DNA of 64,000 nucleotides from an uncultured Alphaproteobacteria bacterium (GTDB lineage Bacteria; Electryoneota; RPQS01): NCBI GenBank assembly GCA_964444755.1, contig CAYUIF010000016.1, positions 5,902 to 69,901 of the forward strand, read 5' to 3'. Shown piece by piece: positions 56,824 to 64,000 of this stretch (position 1 is its first letter; each line of letters starts with the position of its first letter). The notes under the pieces were generated by a model. It saw only the letters and a program-made list of their open reading frames with translations, ran no database searches and was not told where the DNA came from. The position numbers and the translations under genes were made by a program.

Positions 56824-59244
56824 CTATTTGATTAGCATGAGCTTCTGCACTTGCACCACCGAAGCGGATTCCGCCCGCAGGAAATATAGCCCGGCGGGGC
56901 GATCATTCAAGTCAACGGACAATTGGTGGGTTCCGGCAGTCCATTGCTCAGGGCCAAGAGACAAGACCCGCTGTCCGACAATATTATATAAATCCAGTTC
57001 GACCATTTCCGGCTTAGACAAGGTGAAAGACACGGTCGTTACGGGATTGAAGGGATTAGGAAAAGCGGGATGCAAAACGAATTCGCGGGGTGTTCCGTGG
57101 GGACGATCCGGATCAACCGTGTTGGTTCCTTCTACAGTTAACCGCACCGGCCACGCGAGGGTGCTTTCGTTGGGATCGTTGCTCTCGAAAATCCAGTTGA
57201 TCAGATAACGTCCGGGCAGCATCCCGGTCGTTGTCCAGGTCAACATGTAAGCGGCGCTATCGCCGGAGAGCAAAGTGATCTGCGTCGGTCCGGTCGCTCC
57301 GAACCATTCGGTGGAAGGAATCGTCGTAGTATACGTCAACGGTTCCGAACCCTGATTGATGACCTGGAGCTGCGATATTGCGGTGCAGTTTTGAACCAAT
57401 GTCGTTTCGATCAACGCCACCGGAATATCTATATCCGGACCGCCGCCGGTATTGCCTTCGGTCAGCCAAGCGAAAACGTTTTCCGTAAATTGGCGATTGT
57501 CGTAGATATTGAGCAGGAATTCCATATCGCCCGCACCAAAGAGCCGCCCACCGTTGGTCTCTTGCCGGGCCACCGCCACGGGCGGGAAGCTGCCAACCGG
57601 GAAGGGTCCACCTGGATCCTCCGTGTGTGTATTATCATCGCCCGTGAGTAGGACATCGCCGGATCCGGCGGCTGGAGTGATCCCGCCGGTGAACCCGCCG
57701 CGAACCTGCGTAATCCCTTGTGAAAGTCGGGGGACCAGCGGGCTTTCTCCCCACATATGGAAGTTGATCCCGTCCCAGCCGGACGAATCATCATCATCAA
57801 TGAGCATTTGATCGTAGAGATGCCACCCCCAAGCGTCCATATCATCCAAGGCATCACCGCCGTAATGCTCGCGGAAGAACCCGTATTCATGGTAACGTCC
57901 GCCATGCCGAGTGCCGGGCAATGACGGTAACGCGGCAACGCGAGGATGAACGGGATAAGTCTGTGTGACGGCATCGGGTAAGATGGAAAAGACCCAGATT
58001 ATCCGGCGGAGTTCAGCGGGTGCCGGATCAGTGGACAACGGAAAGAGCCCATCGTAATCGTCACCCTCGATGCGATAGAGCACCACTGCTCCCTGCGACG
58101 CGCAGGCTTCGGCCAGCAGCCGCCGCGTCCATTGATATTTCAGGAAAAACTCATCGGTTTCGGCGGGTGTTAATCCGGAACGGAGCGCTTCAGAACGCAG
58201 TTGCGCATCTAACACCCCGGCGGCGGCGTTGAACAGCAAACATACGCTTTCACGTACCAAGCCGGATTTACCGGGATCCAGCGTGCCGACTTCGCTGATG
58301 CGATAGCCTTCGTTGCGATCAAAGCGCAGAATTTTGACATCGTGAACGGTCGCCCACGACGGATTGAGATATTCGTTCAGTTGTCGGCCACGCGCAACGA
58401 AATTCAGGGGACGATAGAATTCGGCCTCGTAATCCAATTCCATATCGCCGCGTTGCGGAGCGAGATCGTAGGTTAAGGGAGCGGATTTTTGCGGCGGGGG
58501 AACGCTGTAGGTGAGATGGCCGGGAACGTTGATGCGGATTGTCGCGCCGTCGACGGTGAAGTCTTGCAGATGGATAATCGGTTTCAGCGCGATGGGTTCG
58601 GATTCATCATAATAGACTCCGATGCCGCCGCCGGAATCCGCGAATTGCTGCAATCGAGTATAGTCCCGCGCCGAGCGGAAGGTGGGAGTGCCGGTAAAGG
58701 CATATAAGGTCGAACAGCGAAGATCCAGAATCGCGTCGTAATCTTCGGGCGGATAAACGTCCCAAATGTTCGGTCCGGTGCCGATGCGATAGGTGCAAGA
58801 GGTGGCATGACTGATATAGACCGTATAAATACCAACCTCAGGATCATCCAAATGGACGACGCCATAGCCCCCTGCCGTTACCGTCTGATCAGGCCCGACA
58901 ATCCACGCGATTGGATCTTGCATGAACGGGCCGCCTCCGCCTTCAACAACGGCATATAAACAGCGTGCTTCTTCGGTGACGGAGACGATAGCGCTGTCGT
59001 AATAGGCATCACCGGACGATCCTTCGGCCAGAACATCGTAGATCGGCACACGGGATTTGTCGATGAGGATAAAGTGGTAGTTCGGGTAAAGTTGGGAAAG
59101 AGTCGGAGTGGGATCCCACCGGCTGACATCCGGTACTCCGTGAAGTGCATCAATGGCGATTTTACCCGTTGCCCCTGCATTCGTAAAAGACAGGATAGCG
59201 AGGAGTGCGGTGAGGCCAAGCCAACGTGCTGTGCTGCAATGCAT
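56824..59244 (-). CDS. Large hypothetical secreted protein with T9SS C-terminal sorting domain
   Basis: Signal peptide MHCSTARWLGLTALLAILSFTNAGA. No recognised catalytic motif. C-terminal FPNPFNPVTTVSF...QKLMLIK. Confidence 0.6.
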   Translation of the reverse strand: MHCSTARWLGLTALLAILSFTNAGATGKIAIDALHGVPDVSRWDPTPTLSQLYPNYHFILIDKSRVPIYDVLAEGSSGDAYYDSAIVSVTEEARCLYAVVEGGGGPFMQDPIAWIVGPDQTVTAGGYGVVHLDDPEVGIYTVYISHATSCTYRIGTGPNIWDVYPPEDYDAILDLRCSTLYAFTGTPTFRSARDYTRLQQFADSGGGIGVYYDESEPIALKPIIHLQDFTVDGATIRINVPGHLTYSVPPPQKSAPLTYDLAPQRGDMELDYEAEFYRPLNFVARGRQLNEYLNPSWATVHDVKILRFDRNEGYRISEVGTLDPGKSGLVRESVCLLFNAAAGVLDAQLRSEALRSGLTPAETDEFFLKYQWTRRLLAEACASQGAVVLYRIEGDDYDGLFPLSTDPAPAELRRIIWVFSILPDAVTQTYPVHPRVAALPSLPGTRHGGRYHEYGFFREHYGGDALDDMDAWGWHLYDQMLIDDDDSSGWDGINFHMWGESPLVPRLSQGITQVRGGFTGGITPAAGSGDVLLTGDDNTHTEDPGGPFPVGSFPPVAVARQETNGGRLFGAGDMEFLLNIYDNRQFTENVFAWLTEGNTGGGPDIDIPVALIETTLVQNCTAISQLQVINQGSEPLTYTTTIPSTEWFGATGPTQITLLSGDSAAYMLTWTTTGMLPGRYLINWIFESNDPNESTLAWPVRLTVEGTNTVDPDRPHGTPREFVLHPAFPNPFNPVTTVSFTLSKPEMVELDLYNIVGQRVLSLGPEQWTAGTHQLSVDLNDRPAGLYFLRAESASVVQVQKLMLIK

Positions 59245-59287
59245 GATTCACCCTCCTGATGGAAAAACGAGGACCTTAACGCATGAT

Positions 59288-60439
59288 TTATTGATCGAGC
59301 TTAATCCATTCCTTCCAGTAAAATTCGCTGTTTTCGTCGTTGTTCAGTCGTAAAACGATCTGCCGGTACCATTCGTCCAGCGGCGTTTCGTGATCGTCGA
59401 GGCGCGGGAACGGATTGTAGGGTCCGCCCGACAACGCACGGGCGATTTGATCGAGCACACCGAGGGCCAGTTCGGGCACGTCGCGACGGCGGATGCCGCT
59501 CAAGTCCATCAAGCGACTGAGCAAATACCATTGCGGAGTCGCGCCGGGAATGAACCCCAACGCCCGCGTGCGCATGACGGGAAGGAAACAATCCAGCACT
59601 TTACGGCCATGACCGTAAGCTTGAATGGTATCCGCCTGCAAGAATTCCTTCGGCAAGTACAAACTGGTGGAATAGGGACCCTGACGGCCATAGGCCGTAC
59701 TTTCAGGATCGCGGCTGAGGACATCCAAACTGCCCCGCCAGTCAATGTAACAGGTGACGGCCACCTTGAATCCCGCCGCTTCCAACGCGCGGGGGAAGTT
59801 CACCGCCAGCCGCCCCATGATGGTGCGCGTATTCTCGATGGCTTGTTCGGTGAGTGGAGTCAGCTTCCACTGAAATAAACCTTCTTCATCCACGTCTTTG
59901 ACATAAATCGGCGGATAGCCGGGCAGGAGTCCGCTCATGGCCGCCGCTACCGAATTGACATAGATGATCTCATCAGCTCGGGCGTCTTTCAGGGCTTCCA
60001 CGATTTTTTGGAAAGCCGGACCTTCGGAGGCCATACCCTCGTTGATCAGATGATAACGATTGCCCATGCCCGCCGCTTCCGCCCGCTCGGTCATCTGCCG
60101 GCCCATCTCATAGCCGACGGACTTGGACAAGTCCCGCGCGAGCACAGTCACACTGCCGGATTTTTCGGTCATCCGCCGGGCGGCGCTTTCAATGGCTCCG
60201 CCCAAACCGGGGCCGGTGGCTCCCGCCAGTAAAAAGTGCCGGCCCTTTAGCGAATCTATTTTATATTCACCGCGATCCAGAAACAAATCTTGTTGAATGG
60301 CAATCCGTTCCAGCAGAGCGCGGGCTTGTTCAGGAAACTGCGCCACTTCTTCGGCGGAGGGGCGCGGCACGTTCATGCTGTATTCCTTGATCCGCAGCCC
60401 TTCGAACGGTCTGGCAAACGGGGATGGTGATTCGGACAT
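59288..60439 (-). CDS. FabV/Ter-like enoyl reductase family candidate (uncertain)
   Basis: 383 aa. LLAGATGPGLGGAIESAARRM glycine-rich NAD(P)H motif and overall motif order reminiscent of trans-2-enoyl-CoA/ACP reductase FabV. Assignment tentative. Confidence 0.4.
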   Translation of the reverse strand: MSESPSPFARPFEGLRIKEYSMNVPRPSAEEVAQFPEQARALLERIAIQQDLFLDRGEYKIDSLKGRHFLLAGATGPGLGGAIESAARRMTEKSGSVTVLARDLSKSVGYEMGRQMTERAEAAGMGNRYHLINEGMASEGPAFQKIVEALKDARADEIIYVNSVAAAMSGLLPGYPPIYVKDVDEEGLFQWKLTPLTEQAIENTRTIMGRLAVNFPRALEAAGFKVAVTCYIDWRGSLDVLSRDPESTAYGRQGPYSTSLYLPKEFLQADTIQAYGHGRKVLDCFLPVMRTRALGFIPGATPQWYLLSRLMDLSGIRRRDVPELALGVLDQIARALSGGPYNPFPRLDDHETPLDEWYRQIVLRLNNDENSEFYWKEWIKLDQ

Positions 60440-60524
60440 TCTAACCCTGTTGTTAATCTGACTGATTGAATAGGCTTTAATATAACATTCTCTTGCGCTT
60501 TGGGCAAATCTTTACCGTAACAAC

Positions 60525-60553
60525 TTGATTTTGTGGAAAGAGGAAGTTATATT
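60525..60553 (+). promoter_or_regulatory. Candidate sigma70 promoter (TTGATT-17-TATATT) with ~145 nt structured leader
   Basis: Followed by GGAACCGGTTC palindrome and GGTTC..GAACC hairpin before RBS AGGAGAG / ATG 60700. Confidence 0.4.
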
Positions 60554-60699
60554 AGGGGTAGTGAATCGGTAAAATTCAAGATGTTTTACACGATAGCGGT
60601 TAAACTTCCCGAAGGGAACCGGTTCTACCAGTTGTGAACCATTTTGTACACTATTTCGCAACCGAGCCTTTGCTCCGCTGTAATATAGGAGAGCTTACA

Positions 60700-61311
60700 A
60701 TGAGATGGACAGCAGTTATTCTCTGTGTGTTGCTCACAGCAACGATTCTGCGCGCTGGAGAACAGACGATTTTAGGAACCGGACCCATCGAGCATGGCGG
60801 GTACGGTGCGATCGATCTCAAGTTCACCAGCATCGAAGATAAATTCGGCGTGCTGGTGGGCGGCAAAGCGGGCTGGATTATCAATCATACGTTTGTACTG
60901 GGAGCCGGCGGTTGGGGATTGGCCCGCGAATCCAAGCTGGATCCGCGATACAATTCGGTGTGGGGCGAACGGCTGCGGTATGCCGTGGGCTACGGCGGTA
61001 TTATTCTCGGATTCGTGGGCCGTTCCGACAAGGTGATTCATCCCACCTTCGATTTACTGATCGGCGGCGGCGCATTGTCGTTCTATTATGACCAGTACAG
61101 CCACGATTATGAAGATCATCGCTCCATTGACGATGACGCGTTTTTCGTACTGGAACCGACCGTCAGCCTCGAAATGAATATCACGTCGTTCATGCGAACA
61201 ACGGTGGGAGCGGGTTACCGTATGGTCAGCGGTGTGAACAAATACAATCTCAGTAACAGCGACATCAGCGGCCCGGCGGCGTCGCTGGCGTTCAAGTTCG
61301 GCAAGTTCTAA
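60700..61311 (+). CDS. Hypothetical outer-membrane beta-barrel-like protein
   Basis: Start at MRWTAVILCVLLTATILRA (signal). Alternating hydrophobic beta-strand pattern. C-terminal ...AFKFGKF (terminal Phe). Confidence 0.5.
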   Translation: MRWTAVILCVLLTATILRAGEQTILGTGPIEHGGYGAIDLKFTSIEDKFGVLVGGKAGWIINHTFVLGAGGWGLARESKLDPRYNSVWGERLRYAVGYGGIILGFVGRSDKVIHPTFDLLIGGGALSFYYDQYSHDYEDHRSIDDDAFFVLEPTVSLEMNITSFMRTTVGAGYRMVSGVNKYNLSNSDISGPAASLAFKFGKF

Positions 61312-61325
61312 TCCAGCGACGTTCC

Positions 61326-62237
61326 GTGCTGTTGCCGTCGTCCGCCAATGCTCTGATTATAACCGTCGCCGGAAAACGCTGTCGGCTGTTGTTGAATAGC
61401 GGCGCAACGGTGGAGGCGATTGCCCGCGGTCGGCTGTTTCAAACGCGGGACGAGCAAGTCGTGGTGGGGGACTACGCCGTTGCCGAGGAACATCACGGGC
61501 AATGGATGGTTGAGAAAGTTCTGCCCCGCCGTAATGAGTTTGTGCGGGAAGGACTACGTAAAGAGCGGCAGGTGTTGTTCGCCAATGCCGACCGCGTATT
61601 GATTCTGGCGGCGCTGGCTGAGCCGCGAACGAAGGCGGCGTCCGTGGATCGGTTTCTGGTGGCGGCGTTGAATGGCGGGATTCCGCCGATGCTGATTCTA
61701 ACTAAAACCGATCTGGACCGCGACAAAGCGCGGGCGACCGAACTGCGCGAGATTTATACGTCATTCGATTTGCCGGTCTATCCGGTGTGCAATATTACCG
61801 GCGATGGTGTAGAAGCCATCGCCGGCGCCGTTGGTGAGGGAACTACGGCATTCGTGGGTAATTCGGGAGTGGGGAAAACCTCGCTGTTGAATCGGTTGAT
61901 TCCGGGCTTGGATTTGCGAGTGCGTGAAGTGAGTACGTGGTCGGGAAAAGGTACGCATACCACCACTGCCGCACTGATTGTCCCCTACGGCGAGCGGGCG
62001 ATGCTGGTGGACACGGCGGGCATGAAAAGCTTCATTCCGTATGGGATCGCTCGTGAAAATCTGGCGGATCTCTTTCCCGATATCGCCCGGTTGGCGCCCG
62101 GTTGCCGGTTTCGCAATTGCCGTCATCAGAGCGAGCCGGATTGCGCGGTGCGGGCGGCGGCGGAACGCGGCGATCTGGCGGCCCTGCGTCTGCGTTCCTA
62201 TTATCGGATTCTGGAAGGCTTGGAGGCTCCCGAATAG
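61326..62237 (+). CDS. rsgA: Ribosome small subunit-dependent GTPase A
   Basis: Circularly permuted GTPase motifs (TKTD G4 before GNSGVGKTSL G1). C-terminal Cys-cluster zinc finger CRFRNCRHQSEPDC. Confidence 0.85.
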   Translation: MLLPSSANALIITVAGKRCRLLLNSGATVEAIARGRLFQTRDEQVVVGDYAVAEEHHGQWMVEKVLPRRNEFVREGLRKERQVLFANADRVLILAALAEPRTKAASVDRFLVAALNGGIPPMLILTKTDLDRDKARATELREIYTSFDLPVYPVCNITGDGVEAIAGAVGEGTTAFVGNSGVGKTSLLNRLIPGLDLRVREVSTWSGKGTHTTTAALIVPYGERAMLVDTAGMKSFIPYGIARENLADLFPDIARLAPGCRFRNCRHQSEPDCAVRAAAERGDLAALRLRSYYRILEGLEAPE

Positions 62238-62266
62238 AAAACCGCCGCTCCGAATGGAACGGCGGT
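62236..62266 (-). terminator. Rho-independent terminator of CheW-CZB gene (minus strand)
   Basis: CCGCCGttccattcggagCGGCGG followed by TTTTC on minus strand. Confidence 0.6.
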
Positions 62267-62291
62267 GAAACTCAGCCGATCGCCGAACCGG

Positions 62292-63122
62292 TTAGGTCGT
62301 GCAGGTGAGCGATGCGTTGTTAGCGGGGGCAATCAGCTGCGGATAAATTTGAGCCGGATCCAGCAGCATAATGAACTTGTCAGAACCTTTCTGCGGCAGC
62401 AAGCCGATCAATCCGCCGAAATCTTCGATACCCGGAATGCTGTCGGGAGCCTGGATTTCGTCCGCAGTGCAGGAAACCACCGCATCAATCTCATCCACAG
62501 CCACCCCCAGCGGACGCGTCGTGCTGCCAACCACGATCAGACTCAACTGATCATTGGTTTCCACTTCGGTGATCGCTTCGTGGAACAGCCGGATCATCTG
62601 CGCCAGCACGGTCGTGCGGGTATGCTGGATTAGCGCCAGCGCTTTCTCGTGTTCCCCTTTGCTCTGCAACTCAGTAGCTTCAATCGCTACGGCATGAATC
62701 GCCTTATGGGGTGCATCGAATAGACCTAATAGGCGGCGCAGCCACACGTTGGGTGCCTGATAGCTATCGTACCATTGACCAAACTTGCATTTATGCGGGT
62801 CGGTTGCCAGTGTGAATTCACGATTCTCAGTAATGCTGGCTTCCAACTCTTTCAACCAATTCTCATGATCAACTTGCCGGGCGCGTAAGAGCGCGTTCAA
62901 TTCCACGGCTTCATCCACCTTCGATCGAACTCCGAAACGCTGCGCCAGATCGAAAATCGGAATTGTTTTCGATCGCAGCACGATCACTCCCATGTTATCC
63001 GCGGCGGAATGAGGTACCGGATGAACGCGCGGCAAACGTAGCATCTCACGGACATATTCGATTTCAAAACCGAAGGTCTCCTCCCCGACTTTGAACGTAA
63101 CCCATTGAGAATTAACTGACAT
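62292..63122 (-). CDS. CheW-like chemotaxis coupling protein with inserted CZB (chemoreceptor zinc-binding) domain
   Basis: Start at MSVNSQWVTFKVGEE. CheW N-half, then CZB insert (DHENWLKEL...DPHKCKFGQWY...PHKAIHAV: H/C/H/H zinc ligands), then CheW C-half (LGVAVDEIDAVV...FIMLLDPAQI). Confidence 0.7.
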   Translation of the reverse strand: MSVNSQWVTFKVGEETFGFEIEYVREMLRLPRVHPVPHSAADNMGVIVLRSKTIPIFDLAQRFGVRSKVDEAVELNALLRARQVDHENWLKELEASITENREFTLATDPHKCKFGQWYDSYQAPNVWLRRLLGLFDAPHKAIHAVAIEATELQSKGEHEKALALIQHTRTTVLAQMIRLFHEAITEVETNDQLSLIVVGSTTRPLGVAVDEIDAVVSCTADEIQAPDSIPGIEDFGGLIGLLPQKGSDKFIMLLDPAQIYPQLIAPANNASLTCTT

Positions 63123-63330
63123 GATAGGGGTCTCCGACGAAAGTGCCCACTTTTGACTGATGACGCAAATGGGTAGGGTGTAACATGCCGTACGTCCGGA
63201 TGGTAAGGCAATCACGCAAATACTAAGAATTGATATTCCTGATATTACCGACTCAACCGGACGGAATTGCGTAACTCATTACTCATTAGTGCGAATAATA
63301 TGCCACACCCTTGCAGATGATAGAGGGGGC

Positions 63331-63364
63331 TAAAAAATTACCGCTTCAAGAGGAAACGGTAATG
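63331..63364 (-). terminator. Rho-independent terminator of upstream CheW-CZB paralog
   Basis: Minus strand: ATTACCGtttcctcttgaagCGGTAAT followed by TTTTTTA. Confidence 0.7.
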
Positions 63365-63390
63365 ATTATTAAGGTGCGGATCTAACTGGC

Positions 63391-64000
63391 TCAAACGGTG
63401 ATTTGTTCGCGGCTCTGGCCGATGAGCTGCGGATAGAGTTGGGCGGGATCAAGCAGCATGATGAAGCGATCCGTACCTTTTTCCGGAAGCAGTCCGATTA
63501 AGCCTCCAAACTGCTCAATCCCCGGAATGCTATCCGGCGATTGGATGTCCTGGTCCTCACAGCGAACCACCGCGCTGATGGAATCCACGGCGACTCCCAG
63601 GGTACAACACGCGCTGCCGACGACGATCAGGCTGGCGCGGGCATTTTCCCGCACCTGCAGCGCGGCTTCGTTGAAGAGCTGGATCAACTGATGGAGCACG
63701 ATATATCCGGCCGACAGCACCTTTTCCGCTTCCGCATGTTGGTTTTGTTTCATCAGTTCCACCGCTTCGGCACCCACAGCATGAATCCGTTTATGGGGTT
63801 CGTTAAAGTGTTTCAGCGTTCGGGAAAAAGCCACGTCTTCCGTCGTATAGTGATCGTACCATTTTCCGAATTTGCACTGATGCGGATCAACGGTTAATGT
63901 AAATTCTTCCTTCTCGTGGATACAGCGTTCCAGTTCGCTCAACCATGCTTCATGGTCGGCTTGCCGGGCTTTCAGCAAATCCACGATTTCTTCCGCCTCC
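63391..64000 (-). CDS. CheW-CZB paralog (N-terminus beyond window end)
   Basis: ORF open to window edge. Same CZB (DHEAWLSEL...DPHQCKFGKWY...PHKRIHAV) and CheW C-half (LGVAVDSISAVV...FIMLLDPAQL) as 62292..63122. Confidence 0.6.
   Translation of the reverse strand, partial: EAEEIVDLLKARQADHEAWLSELERCIHEKEEFTLTVDPHQCKFGKWYDHYTTEDVAFSRTLKHFNEPHKRIHAVGAEAVELMKQNQHAEAEKVLSAGYIVLHQLIQLFNEAALQVRENARASLIVVGSACCTLGVAVDSISAVVRCEDQDIQSPDSIPGIEQFGGLIGLLPEKGTDRFIMLLDPAQLYPQLIGQSREQITV

Noticed and set aside
1-64000. tRNA, rRNA or tmRNA genes
   Set aside because: No cloverleaf-compatible segments or rRNA-like conserved stretches recognised. Intergenic GC-rich hairpins are explained by terminators and the repeat family.

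Overview
High-GC (~58-60%) bacterial chromosome segment. The combination of T9SS type-A C-terminal sorting domains, a fused CcoNO cbb3 oxidase, and canonical sigma70 TTGACA-N17-TATATT promoters points to an FCB-group bacterium outside Bacteroidia; phylum cannot be resolved from sequence alone. Respiratory block: the distal part of an alternative complex III operon (actB C-terminus, actC, actD, actE, actF, then a diheme cytochrome c) on the + strand. After two secreted-protein genes comes a minus-strand cbb3 oxidase biogenesis operon (ccoI-ccoS-ccoNO-ccoQ-ccoP-ccoG-ccoH-DsbD_2-like), immediately preceded by a 2-oxoacid dehydrogenase operon (E1alpha, E1beta, E2, Lpd, lipoate ligase, NmrA-like). 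Accessory block: eight proteins carry T9SS C-terminal domains (S8 protease, C25-like protease, FG-GAP/VCBS, LamG, two large Cys-rich proteins and others). Also present: two tandem SagB-type nitroreductases plus a cupin, ALDH, patatin, an ECF sigma/anti-sigma/TonB-C module, OmpA, RsgA, and two tandem CheW proteins with an inserted CZB zinc domain. Most notable finding: a thioredoxin-fold redoxin gene (5289..6077) has an in-frame TGA exactly at the first Cys of its WCxxC motif (giving UPVC), followed 10 nt later by a perfect SECIS-like hairpin, and the protein ends in a T9SS CTD. This predicts a selenocysteine redoxin exported to the cell surface. Second: six intergenic loci are built from a shared family of mosaic hairpin modules (REP/MITE-like) that bracket single genes. 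No rRNA, tRNA or CRISPR arrays detected.
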